Positions 12,691-24,954 of a DNA stretch of 64,000 nt are shown piece by piece. Origin of the DNA: Marsupella aquatica (taxonomy: Eukaryota > Plantae > Marchantiophyta); the NCBI GenBank assembly GCA_973895155.1, contig OZ316894.1, positions 12,130,828 through 12,194,827 on the forward strand, given 5' to 3'. Position numbers and translations under genes: made by a program. A model generated the notes under the pieces. It was not told the DNA's origin, did no database searches, and saw nothing but the letters and a program-made list of their open reading frames with translations. Each line of letters starts with the position of its first letter. Position 1 is the stretch's first letter.

Positions 12691-13397
12691 AGGATGCCCC
12701 CAAGGCCATTTAGTTTTTTTTATTGTCTCCCACACCTAAGGGGCGTACGGCCAATCAAAGCGTTCCAAAGCAGAAGCTTATATCGGGTCACAAATGGATC
12801 GTGTAGTTTCTCTGTCAGGATAGTTATGCTGCCTATCCGCGTTGCAGTATCCGCCCGAGAGATTGTGGCAGAAAGAGTTAACTCGGGGAGACTGACACCG
12901 AGATCGAACAGCTTGTTGCCGTCCAGTGGGTTGGAGCTTTTTAGTTTCTCTGGAAACATCTGCAAGTGTTCTCAATTAGCTGTGTGCTTTGCTTGCACTC
13001 CTGCACTAGTGTCGCAGCCCCCACATAAAATTGACTTCTCTTTGATTATAGATCCTTCACGCAGAAATTGCCCCTATTCTCTCGACTATCTTTTCTCTCA
13101 AATCAGTCAGACATCTTCGTTTGAATCGTGTGCTTCGTTTGCAATGGGAATTTGCAAAACATCCTTCTACACTGATCTGAAATTTCCTTTCAAAGCAGCT
13201 CTTTGCATCAACTCCTCCGCTTTGTCCTGTCGTCGACGAAATGGATCTTCGTGGACCTGAACGCAGTGCTTGGTCCCTCCTTTTGTGTGCAGTTTCTCTT
13301 GGCTGGACTAGTCTTTCCAAAGATTCTTTTCCTACTTTTTCTCTGAACCATGTCCAACCTGACACAAAAGGCTCCACAAAAAGATGTTGGACTTGTT

Positions 13398-14258
13398 GGA
13401 CGCATCTGGTAGTGCTTTGCGCAAAGCCTGAATTGTGCGATTCAGTCCAGCGTTGTATCCCGAGGACAACTGGTTAACGGCAGTAATGCAGCCCAAGCTG
13501 TCTTTCGGCGCTTTGGAATTCCGCTCTATCGTGAGGAGGGATGTGATACAGCCCTGTGGTGGAAGGTTGAAAAGCAGGAATTTCCTCGCTGAGTGCGCGT
13601 AAGGAGTTTGGATTGCGGCGGACACATTTCCCAGAGCTGAAGGTATAGTTGTATTCGTAATCGATTCCACTGAATCATTATGTAGGACTGCATTGAATAC
13701 ATCATTAAATCCCGCTGCGATCGTGTAAAGCCAGCCCGGATACGGATCTCCCACTGGCAAATCGCGAATGAAATTTCGGCAAGGCTTCCCCTCCAGTTTC
13801 GTGTTTGACGCTGCGGTTTTAAACCTGATGAAGTTGGCTAATTGGAATGGATTGACTGAGTACGGTACGCGGGCTAACTGCGACGGAGCAGCCGTTGCTG
13901 CAGAAAACACGGCCAAGTTGATTCCGTATTCGTAATTGAACGCAGTAGTTGCGAAATAGCCGTCCAGAAGAGGCTTGCGGAAGGCCAGGGAGAAAAAGTC
14001 GGGCACGAGACGTCCATCCGAGAAGCGTTTGGCCGGCTTGCCAAAGAAGGTCTCTCCATATGGACTGAATTCTGCATCGAAATTGTAAGGGAACGCATTG
14101 AGTGCGTTGCCGGTGTCTGTCATTGAGTCCCCAAAGTTTGCGAATCCCGTAGGACACCTGCTGTCGAGCTTGGCTCCAGCTCTGATGGGCAGCGCTGCCC
14201 TGAGGATGAGAACCACGACCGCCACAGCAGGGAACCTCGACTGAGAGGCTCCAGCCAT
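13398..14258 (-). pseudogene. GDSL esterase/lipase, copy 4, 3'-truncated (no catalytic Asp/His)
   Basis: Homologous to copies 1-3 up to ...ALPDAS (~13398), then joined directly to spacer sequence homologous to ~8340-8910. Lacks CCG, WDxxH and exon 2; one-codon insertion in block II (AVFSAA). Confidence 0.88.
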
Positions 14259-14375
14259 CGCGAGGCCCTGCCTAGCGGGATCACTCTCTTGGTATAATGA
14301 TTAGTGGGGCACAACGAACCTGTCACCAAGAACAAACACAATTATATAATGTTCAAATGTGTTGCTTGATTCCAT

Positions 14376-14520
14376 GCGACACGACGAATGCTTGATTTGC
14401 TTGGTCAAGAGGTGATTTTACATTAGGCGACATGACGTATACTTTGCTTGGTCACGAGGTGGTTGTAGATTAGGTGCCGTGACAAATCCTTTGCTAAGTC
14501 ACGAGGGGATTTCACATCAT
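14376..14520. repeat. 3 x ~47-bp tandem repeat upstream of GDSL copy 4
   Basis: Same unit as 7828-7968. Confidence 0.85.
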
Positions 14521-15715
14521 GAGGATGCCCCAATGGCCATTCAGTTGTTTTCAATTGTTTTCCACCCCTAAGCGACGGTCATTCTAGAAGTTAGCACAAA
14601 AAGGGTCACAAATGGATCGTAGTGTCCCCTAGTCTTATCTTTGACTTGTATCCATAGGTAAGATGATAAAGACCAGACGAAAGCCTTTTGCAAAAGACTG
14701 TTCCTCGTATCATTGTGCCCCCATTCTTGTATTGGTATTCATTTTCAGTTTTATCCTTATTAGTTTTGTCTTTGTGTATTGTATTAGTTTTGTCTTTGTC
14801 TTGAATTATTGTCTAAAAATTTCAGTCTAAAAGTTTGACCCCAACTGACCCCAACTCTATCTTACGTTTGCTCTTTATAAATAAGATGAGACCATATGAG
14901 CCATAAACCCTGTTGCATCAATCTAGTCTGGGGGGTTATGAGATTTCAGCCCCTAGTTAGGCCACCTCTAGATCCAGGCACAATTTTTATGTCAAAAATA
15001 GAGCAAAACTAGACTCCTGGCTCATTGTCATTAATCCATGGGCACTTGTGCTTCACTGCCTTCATTCAATTACCCCGTTGGCGCCAGGGGTTACCGTACA
15101 CATTATCATATATTGAAGGGCCATTGAAAGAAACCACCTATAGAGGTGTACTAAACAAATGATAGAAGTGGCCCTGCCAGGTAGTATTGGGTTTTCCTAC
15201 CCCAAAAGTGGTACTCCTAAATGCCCATCTCTTGTGGAAAACCAAAGGGCTCTCTTCTATGTGAATCTAAGGTTGATTCATTTGTTTGGTATGGACTGGG
15301 TGTGAAGTTGATACTTAGAATCATGTTGCATAAGATATAAGTGCCTGGTATCATGAAAGGCTAATAAGTTTCAAATTCATTTGGTGTGTTTGACAAGTGT
15401 TAGTACCACACTCACACCAGACCACCGGTCCCCACTGTACCCAGGTTGCAACACCCCTAAATCACGGTCTTCCAATTTTGACTGCCGTGGCTTACTGGCA
15501 GTTGTGTGCTCCAGAAAGTAGTGACACAGCTTGCCAAGACCAATCAGAGGTTGTGATCAGTTGTGTCAGTTTTGATTGAATGTCTCAGAGTGTCCTTTCA
15601 AATTTCTCTACAAAACGAGGTACAAGATTTTAAAATGAGATATTAGAATTGAGAGACAAATGCCCTCTAATAGATGTTCAAAGGTCTACTGACATTGTCT
15701 TTAAATTACAAGATT

Positions 15716-15854
15716 GCCACTGTTTTATTGTATTTACAAATATGTAATGGTTTTTGTATGTTGTTCCCTTGGTTACATTGCTGAACTTGTTGTCCCGCTT
15801 GTTGGCCATATACAAAACAATGGCATATTTGTAAATACAAAACAAACTTGTGGC
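15716..15854. repeat. Fold-back inverted repeat (~45-bp arms, ~48-nt loop)
   Basis: Perfect 17-bp core TTGTATTTACAAATATG / CATATTTGTAAATACAA, with imperfect pairing out to GCCAC...GTGGC. Confidence 0.75.
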
Positions 15855-16907
15855 ACTATATAATTGTCAATTAGAATATATGTAGTGACAAAGTACTTAA
15901 AAGTTGATCTCTAAATATGTTGTGCCAACATGACCAAAATAGTGGCTCCTTCCTTTCAAAGCCCACAAATGCTCTACAGAGACATTCAAAGCATGTAATC
16001 TGTTTAGTCGTTACTCTTCAACTGCCCAGGTGGTGATATTGTTGAGATTTTGTTAGCCACACATACCCACCATTCTCCCACTTCTTCTACACAGTCTACC
16101 CACCATGTAGAAATTCTGAAGTTGCGTTAGGTGGCAGTATATGTGGTGAGATATTTTGTTTGCACAAAGAAACCAGGACACAATGGTGAAGAGTCAGGTT
16201 CAAACTCGCATGTGGTTCCTTATGCGGCTGGCAGATTTTGTTGTGTGATGACAGGTGAGACTAAGGGGGCAGCAACTTAGGTCTGGCCTGAACCTAAGGT
16301 GCTGGCACCAAACTTGCTAGCAAAGCACAAGTGGGAGTGTCCTCAAATTGATTACTCTCCGGTAATTGATAAATTATGTTGATTGTGTTGTAAGTGTTTT
16401 TTTTTTTGTGGAATCAGAATTATTAATGGCACTGAAAAGGATGTTTAGACAAATTTATCAGAAGTAAATGATGCATAATGATCAAATTACCTTTTATTGG
16501 TTTTCACTAATGAAATTTGAAAGGTAATCAGGATAGGTTGAATTCTAACCTGGCTTGACATTGTGTAAATAGGCGGGGAGGTCTGGGCATGTGTCAAATA
16601 TGCAGTCATTGTAGGGCGGGGTATCTGATGTGGGTATCCACCTTGCATACGAGCTTGAATACAAGTCACACCTCCCTGTTCTTTTGGGCTTGTGGCATTT
16701 GGAAGCCTCCCTAGCTGTTCAATTATGGTGAAATTTTTCCATAACCATGAAATGGGCCTAAAGGTGACATTGTCGGAACCACCATGCACCTTTTCTGGGC
16801 CCAACCTGCCAGTGTCCCCACAACTTGTACACTCATGGTAATCAATCAACTTCTCGTAACAACTGGCGGCCTGGCCACTTCACTTATGCTCCACAACACT
16901 TCCACTC

Positions 16908-17627
16908 TATTGAAAAAAGACGATATACACAATGACAAGCCCATGATCTTCCAATGCACAGTAGTGGACACCGAGAGATACATGGTTTACTTCAACTGAA
17001 GCTAGGTCCACGGGAACACACAAAGAGCTTTACTGCACTCTAGGCCCATTGGCAATACTGAGTCTCCGCAATACAAGATCTCCCTATCTCTCAATTGGCT
17101 TTGTAGCAATGAGCCTGAACTTGGGGGGGGGGGGGGGGTCACTTCCACGGAAGTGGCACATCACGTGCGACAAAGCATAGGCCCATTTAAATGGGTGTGA
17201 CGGAAGACTTCCAAAGTTTGGTGAAAGAACACATAGGGCGTGTTTTATTGACTGGTCGACTTTAAAGAACACATAGGCCTATTTAATTGTAAAAAATACT
17301 TTATTTAAAGTTTTTAGGGGTTTTTTAATAAAAAAATGTCAACAAACAATTTAAAAAAGGGTTTTGCAAAAAAATAAAATTTCACTTATAAGTTAGGGGG
17401 GTCAAACCCTAAAACGTCGCACGTGATGTATGACCCTCCATATAGTGACCCCCGCCCCCCCCCCCCCCCAAGAGCCTGAATTCCTCTTATCCAAGCAAAC
17501 ATCTCTTGGGATATACCTGGGGATATAGTGTGCAACCTAGTTAACTTAATTTAGTCTGTGAGTAAGGTTAACCCTAACTATGATTATAGTTGTAACCCTA
17601 CTTAGACCTAAGAATAAATGCCTAACA
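16908..17627 (-). mobile_element. Degenerate solo LTR related to the copia LTR at 38718/46800, interrupted by a MITE
   Basis: Shares GTCCACGGGAACACAC-AAGAGCTTTACTGCACTCTAGGCC and CTCCCTATCTCTCAA with the copia LTR. Termini TATTGA (TGTTGA in the copia LTR) ... CTAACA. Flanking 5-mers CACTC (16903-16907) and CGCTC (17628-17632) form a TSD with one transition. Confidence 0.8.
17120..17472. mobile_element. 353-bp hAT-type MITE with poly-G/poly-C TIRs
   Basis: TIRs CTTG(n)TCACT...CATCACGTGCGAC / GTCGCACGTGATG...AGTGAC(n)AAG; perfect 8-bp TSD AGCCTGAA at 17112-17119 and 17473-17480; no coding capacity. Confidence 0.9.
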
Positions 17628-18859
17628 CGCTCAACATCACTTAGTATCGACAACATCGTGCAACAAATGGACATTGGGCTAATTAATCATAATTCTAATC
17701 ATGGATATATTGTGTCGTTGCTATGTTGGATGCAACTTCCTTGTCCCCACAACGGGCCCCACAATTAATATTCAGCAGTACCAAATAAAATTCAAATGTA
17801 ATTTAAGAAATTGCAAAAGGTTCTTGCAACCAAAATAGTACCAAAATACTTTCTAATTACATTTCTTCCACCACTTCTAGTGTCCCGGGGCTCTTTCACT
17901 CTTAGGTTTCCTCCCCTTGATTTGGTTGTTCGCCTCTGATATTGTGTCTCCTGGTTGGACGTCTTCCCGGACGGCTTTTGTTTTTTGTTTTTTTGGTCTC
18001 AAAAGGAAATGAATAAAAACACTTAGTAGACTCTCCCCACTTGAATGGGGACTCCAATCAAGAACTATAATACAGAGTGGCGCCACTTTTTAGAGTGGTT
18101 GTCATTCAAATTTGCAGGGCACAAAAATTAAAAATCTGGTCAAAGGTAAGCAATAGAGCCAAAATGTGAATTGAGTTTAGTGTGAGTCACAAAAAGCTGC
18201 ACCAATGCCCAAACAAGCAAGAATAAATCACACGAGTGAAAGACTTTCACACAAGGCACAAGGATCAATGCACGAGGATCAAGGACGAGACATCCATGCA
18301 AGTAAGTATTGTACATATTCATTGCACATATTCAATATTGTGTGCATCCTAATTTTGTGTAATACCGGTAAGAGTAGTTTAATTGCTAATAATATTTGAG
18401 TCATTAGATCAATAAAAAACTATTCCAATATTTGTTGTGATTTTCACATTCATTTGTAGTGTCATTTTTAATGCCAAAAAACAAAAATAATAAGGCCCAA
18501 AGACATAGTGAAGCGCATGGCATAGGCATTGATGGCAAGGTTTGGGCAAGGGGCACACTCGCAATGTAGGGTAGCCCCTCGATCTCACATGGGTGGGGAG
18601 GGGGGGCCGGCGAACAAGTGGAGTGATGGTGAATGTGAAAAAGAGAAGACCAAAAATAGGAAAATGGGGAAAAGGGGGAGGTTAAGGTTTAAAAGGAGCA
18701 TAAGCGAAAAAAAGGGAAAAAAAAAACATCTCTCATTTTGTTATACTTTTGTGGTTGTCATAGCCCGTCTTTTGTGCGCTGACATCTTTTATTCAAGAAT
18801 ATTTTTGTACAAGGAAAAAAAAGAAAAAAAGAAAAGAGAACTTTTGTGGCTGCCGTAAC

Positions 18860-19470
18860 CACTATTTTGCACAATGATATCTTTCACTCAACAAAAGTTT
18901 TTGTGCAACAATATATTTTAACATTTATTTATTTTTCAACCATATCTTTTGCACCATGATATATTTCTCAACAACATCTTTAACCAAACAACATTTTTTA
19001 TGCAACACACGGGGATTGAAAGGATACCGACACAATGGTCATCTTTGCTAAACCCTAAACCTGAAACCGATACTATAATGTTGTGGCAATTATAAAGTGG
19101 TCGTCATTCAAATGCAGGGGCATTTTGGGTAAAAAAGAAAAACAAAGACAAGGACTCGCTCCTTCTTTCCTTGACTTTTTATTTCATAACATTTTTCACA
19201 TAACGACAGCTTAGGTGAAATGACACCTTTTTTCTTATAACATCTGTTACTTCACAATATCTTTGGCAAAATGACACTTTTTTCTTAACAACATATTTCA
19301 CATAATGACTTCTTTTTTCTTAACGACATCTTTTTACTTCATGACATCTTTCACATAACAACATCTTGGGCTACATGAAATCTTTTCTCTTAACAACCTC
19401 TTGGCCAACACAACATCTTTTTTTCTCAATGATATCTTGGCCGACACGACTTCTTTTGTGCAACGCATGA
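18860..19470. repeat. Degenerate AT-rich array of ACAACATCTT/ATGACAC-like motifs, possibly subterminal repeats of a DNA transposon
   Basis: Many short recurrences of (A)CAACATCTT, AATGACACT and TTTTCTTAAC; no clear termini. Confidence 0.45.
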
Positions 19471-20568
19471 GTATTGAGCTAGTAGTGACATACATTCATT
19501 GTAGGGAACCATTTCATGATGAGCCCCCATGGATCCAGCAGGGATCACATTATGTGTAGAGGGAGACGAGAAAATCAGGACCACCAAGTGGGCAACCAGT
19601 GACCGAGTACATAATATGAAATCTCATCCACAACCCACAAAACTCATACATACACCTGGGACCTTTTGATATACACTTTGGGAACGGGTTTTACATCTTT
19701 TTCTCAAGAAGTTGTTTGGGTCCATCCTAGTTCTTTGGAGAAACCTCGTGGTCCATCTTGGCATCAGCTTACTTATCAAAGCTCAATTTAAACGTGAGCG
19801 TGACTCATCGAAAGGAAAGCACAGCTGTTTTTTGTGGCGATGGATCGCAATGTCTCTCCCTTTCTCTCGTTTCTGTGATCGGACAACATCGAAGTAATGG
19901 AACGTGTCCAGACCTCGACTCACTCCTTCCTGCATGCTCCCGTTGCTCGCACGCACCACGCGCTTCGAATCAGAGTTTCCCTTGCTGCAAAGAAATTTTA
20001 ACAAAAGGTGCGAAGATTTTCTCGTTCTCACAGAGCGCTTCAAATCAGAGTTTCCCCTGCTGCAAAGAAATCGTTAGAAAAGGTCAGGAGATTTACTGGC
20101 TCGACTATGGCAGCTCATTTATGTGTGTGAGAGATTCATTGAGAGTGTTTCCTCTGCTGTCGGGACGATTTGGATTGCGACAACTGCGACTGATTACTTT
20201 GCAGTTGATTTGGAATTGCAGCGTATTGTTGGAATTCCGACCTTGCAGCGCGCCATTGAAGTTAAACGAAGGCCAGGCCGAAGCGGAAGCGGAAGCGGAA
20301 GCGAAAAGCAGAAGCGACGGAAAGAGGAGGTGACAAGTCTTGCTACTCGTCTAGGTTGACGATGGAAAGAGGAGATGAGAAATCGCAGAGAGTGGAAAAA
20401 TCTTGTTACTGGTCTAGGCTGCCAAGCAGAGAGAGATGAGCGCAGGCGGATGGCATTTTGTGTTGCCTCGGTTGTAGAGTAGTTGAGGAGGAAGAGAAGT
20501 CAAGACGAGATCACAATAGGAGGACAGGAAAGGAAAGAGAAGACTAGAGGGGAAGAAGAGCAGCGAAG

Positions 20569-23495
20569 ATGGAGACCGCGGAGACCAGCGGCAGCGGCAG
20601 GGGCAGGCGCAAAGCGCGCTCCAACTCTAAGAGGACCGGTTACAGAGGCTGGCCGGTTTATGTTTACGTCCCGAATCTTATTGGTATCTACTCCTACCTC
20701 TCATTGACTCGTTCCTTCTAAACTCTGCAAATAATTCCTTTCTGATTCAACCATTTAGTTAGTCTCCTGTGCGTTAATTACTTCCATCCTTGCTTCACTG
20801 CCCTCTGGCCTGTTTTAAATGGATAAGGATCGTCTGTCTCTTCGGTACAATTAGTCATTTGTCACAAACAAACAAAAAGGATGTCCTCATTTGCTTTTTC
20901 ATGCGCTGTACTCGAAGTGCGATTCTGAGGTAGTGCCACTGAACGGCATTATTGATTCATACACGCATTGTGTGCACCGCTGGTGAGGTCTTTCATCAAC
21001 ATTCTTGCTGGCATCGTTCGAGTTGTTCAGTTTGAATCCTCTCTCTACATCGTGTTGTAATTGTTGTTTTCTTCTCGGCAGTGTAGTTCGTTTTGATAAA
21101 TAAAAGCACGAGAACTAGTAGGTCGTCAATTTTTTGAAGGACGGGAGGATTCCATGTCTTGAAGAAACTGAACTTCCAGGTGAACCAGCACTATTTTGAA
21201 TCATTGTTCTCGTTTTCTGACATCCTAATTCTCCTCTGTAAGCTGCGTTGCAGGATATGCTAGAATTTTGGCAAGTTGTTGCGCTTTCGCGGTGGCCTTC
21301 AGGAACAAACAATTATTTGTTGTCCTCTATCTTATCAGGTAGTTTCGACCTCGGATGCTGCTAAAGTGGGCCTGAGATGTTGGTTTCACGTGCTTCGTAA
21401 ATTCTTTCTGGATTACGTCCTGTTTCTTGAATCTATCGGTGTAATGAGAGCGAAACTTATAAGCTACAAAAGCTGAACCCTGTGTGGCATTCTTGACGCA
21501 GCTTCGTCTGTGATGAATTGGATGGACGCTTCGCCCGAATGCTTAATCAAAGTACGCAGTTCGCTGGCTTGCTTATCAAGGAGAAAAGTAGAAGCACTAG
21601 GATCGTTACATACGAAAGCACTTTTCTGTGGAATGTATGCTTGCCTATTCAAAGTCAGTCATCTAGAGTTAGCCAAATGTTTTCTTGTACCGCTACTGAT
21701 TAGCATTGATTGGAGTTTTTTTTAGTTCTGCTTACAGTGGCTGTTTCTCATGGGTGCAGCCTCGACATTTGGAGCTGTGTTAGATATGATGACGGATAGG
21801 TATTCCCGGACGTCCTTCTGAAAGTTCTCATTCTGTTGCTAATGGTCCAATTTTATGTCCTGGGCATTTCTAGCTCTGTCATGCATACTTGGATGTATGC
21901 CGACTCAATCGTAGAACGTCCTGCGCAGGGTGAGCACTGCTTCGCTTCTGGTGGTGCTAACACATGTTTACAAGTAAGTTGACACCTATCGTTGTAACTA
22001 TTATAGTCACTTTCCTGTAGGTTTTGGTCTGTTAAGTAATAAACTTTCTTCCGGTCAAGGAACGGGTCTTTGTTTAGTGGATTATATTCCATGTGTGACT
22101 TATTTGGATATGTTTGGATGATCGTCGTACCAGATGTTATAGACCTTCGAATTGCACACACTAGGAAATGTTCAAAATAAGCTAAGTTGATTATTGTGAC
22201 CCCTCCTGATGATAGGTGAACATGTAGTTAACTCTTGTTCTGGATGATGATCACTGTGGATTGTTGCACCTCATGGAGCTGGGAAGTACACAAATAGTTT
22301 TCTTAAAGCACAAAAGCGCACACCTGATTTCCGCTCGTCGTGTGTACTCTTGGCTCAGGAGCAATTTCTTGTTGTTTCTTGGTCTCCTTGCCCTCGACAT
22401 CTCGAGCCACTGGCTGCAGATGTACAGGTATGGCTCTCTCATTGTCCTGTTGTTTGATGGTTTGATAGGTTTTTTCGTTTAGAATGGTTATTGGATGTAT
22501 GATTGAATAACCTTCTCCTCGTATTATCTGACAATTGGAATTGTTGCAGCACTCTACTGGGAACCAAAAAAAGCCATAAGGATATGGCAGACAGCAAAAG
22601 CTGGTTACTTTCTGCTTATTACCAGTATCGCAGCTTTATGGGTTATTGTTGCATAGGAGCCGAGGTGATCCCCCTCGCTTTGTACCCTGTTTCTCGGCTT
22701 TGCATTGGTGGGAAAATTCGTTAGTCCTGGGGTTTTGAAGCTATGTTCAATAATGTCCCATCTCAAATTCTTTTGACTGTAGAGGACTATCCGGCGCCTC
22801 TGTGGGCAGAATATTGTGTTACGAAACCCTGATGATGATACGGGTTTCATCTTAGTGGCAGAGTCGTCTTAGTTGCTGACATATCTGAGTTTCTCCAAAG
22901 TATTACAAGTGAAGTTGACCCGCTTTACGCTCTGTTTCAGATCCTGTACATTGTGCTTTATTTGCTACCAAATCCGACTGGGAACCTGCTGGAGGTACCT
23001 AAGTGGCTGTTTTCTTACCTTTGCTTGTTTTAATTCGAAGTGGCACCATGTGTTTTAAAAGCAAGCTCCGTTGTTCATCACCATTTTGGTTGGATCCCTA
23101 CAGGCAGTGAAGTTAGCTTCTCGGGAGCAATCAATACTATTTTTCATTGGTCTGCTTGCAGCACCAGGCTGTGCTATAAAGCAATGGATCAATTTGGTAC
23201 AGGTATGCATTGAATATTTCCTTATTTGGTAAGTAATATTTCGATCTTAGATTACTGTGGGATGGGATATTGTTCTCAAACTTGCAACCCACAAATCGAT
23301 AAGATATGCTCCGCAGGTAAGATATTCGTCTGCTGTTTCAGACTGACTTGCGCTGCTGCATTTTTCCATCTCTGATCGAATGTCTAATTTGGACTGATTG
23401 CCGGGAATGATACCTGTGTGCAGATGAAGACAGCTGCCGATTTAACGGTAGAATATGACCTCATACGGGATAGCGAGAAAGTAGAAACAGACTGA
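20569..23495 (+). CDS. PIS1: CDP-diacylglycerol--inositol 3-phosphatidyltransferase (phosphatidylinositol synthase), multi-exon
   Basis: Exon 1 20569-20683 (...WPVYVYVPNLI); exon 2 21254-21338 (GYARIL...LYLIS); exon 3 FVCDELDGRFARMLNQ; then STFGAVLDMMTDR (CDP-alcohol phosphotransferase motif), LLALDISSHWLQMY, KKSHKD...FMGYCCIGAE, GCAIKQWINLVQ; last exon 23424-23495 MKTAAD...ETD*. Confidence 0.93.
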
Positions 23496-24721
23496 AAACT
23501 TTAGGCTGAAAAAGTATGATAAAGCAATTGCTGTCTTGAACTTCCCTTACGGATTATGAAAATTGTTCGCAAGGAAAGATCCGAGGAGGTGGTCCAAGGT
23601 TTGGAATTCATTGTATTTAATCTGTTTTGGTGTACTTTGGCGTGATCCCTAGATGTATTCCCGTAGCAGAGGTAGCTGTGGTGGTGCGCATGGACAAGAA
23701 AAGATTTTGTAGGAGCCTTTGATGGGTTCAAGCTGCAAGGATAACATCACTGTGCTCCAAAGACAACTGTTTCAATTTGCCTAAGTACTGGGCGTCCAAC
23801 TTGAACCTGAAATAAAATGAATGGGCCCAAATGCAACTTTTCGACATGATCTGGATGGTAGCCAAGAATTTTGTTTTGTTTGTACAACGTATCTCAGGGT
23901 ACCTGCAGGTATATCTTATTCATGAACTTGAGAATGATGATGTTCGTTGATCTGAATGTGGGATCTGGTGAAAACTTTAGCCTCATCATCTCATCATTTT
24001 TTGTATTGGGGGTAAAATCCCAAATGCAAATCCGTCTCAAATATATCAGAATGTAAAGCCTGGAACATATGAATTTGAAGGAAAGCCTGGGCCATAGTAG
24101 GCACAACAGGCTGCGCTTCTGTGGTAGAAGAGATGTGTCAGTAGTTCTTGGCGGATTTGCAAGTTTAAGAAACAGCATGTACTTTAGCAAACCAAGAATT
24201 TCTTCCGTTTTGTACTGCTCGACACATTTGGTATAATTGGTCATATGACAACTATTTGCCTTGGGCTTTGGGTATTCAGTGACAGGTTGGATCATGACAT
24301 TTAGGGCCTTGGTAGAGTTTTCCTTTTTTAAGGATGGAAAATCCAAGACTCAATATTCAGGGACATTGGATCGTGATTTCACGTAACCAAGAGCTGTCCC
24401 CTTTCTGTATCAAGTCTGTCCAAGACACCACGAAACCCAAGGGCAGCACCATTTTTCCCTTTCGGTAACCTTTACGAAACTCAACAGAAAAAGAAACCAG
24501 TGCTCTCGGCCGAGGCACATCTAGTCACCTGAAAAGTGTTCTTGGCCGCATCCATCATAGCAAGAGACGGGTGTAGTGATGTTTTTGGACTAGAGTCCAC
24601 AGAAGTTTTGTTGCTGAAGAGCACCATGCATCAACTAGGTCTTTCACATACTTCTGTAATAAGTATGTGTACAACTGAATGAGCTTCTCTGCATTTAGCC
24701 CACGTTGTGTTTTACATTCAA

Positions 24722-24855
24722 TGGAATCCAGTCGGCATTGTCTAGGTGACCACATGACTGGCTCAGACGAGTCATGACCGTCGAGATTGGAATCTAGTCG
24801 ACATCGTCTAGGGTACCACATGACTGGCTCAAACCAGTCATGACCGTCGAAAGAT
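24722..24855. repeat. 2 x ~67-bp tandem repeat, each unit with a stem-loop
   Basis: Unit TGGAATC.AGTCG.CAT.GTCTAGG..ACCACATGACTGGCTCA.A..AGTCATGACCGTCGA; the second copy has a perfect hairpin CATGACTGG-CTCAAA-CCAGTCATG (24819-24842). Confidence 0.8.
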
Positions 24856-24954
24856 CGTGGCTAAAGTTTACGGAGATGAATGTTGCTCTCTTACAATGTC
24901 CAGTTTCTACAAAGCCGGTCACACCAAGACGTGTAGAGACAGATCAACCTGCTT

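Noticed and set aside
12694-13377. ORFs of 100-190 aa in the GDSL spacer
   Set aside because: The homologous spacer at 8340-8960 has indels and stops that break these frames and no domain is recognisable; at most an old remnant.
19049-19068. CCCTAAA telomere-like motif
   Set aside because: Only about two imperfect units; not an array.
19960-20090. 75-bp-period duplication, and (GCGGAA)n at ~20280, upstream of PIS
   Set aside because: Ordinary short local duplication and microsatellite; the overlapping ORF 19758..20333 has no recognisable domain.
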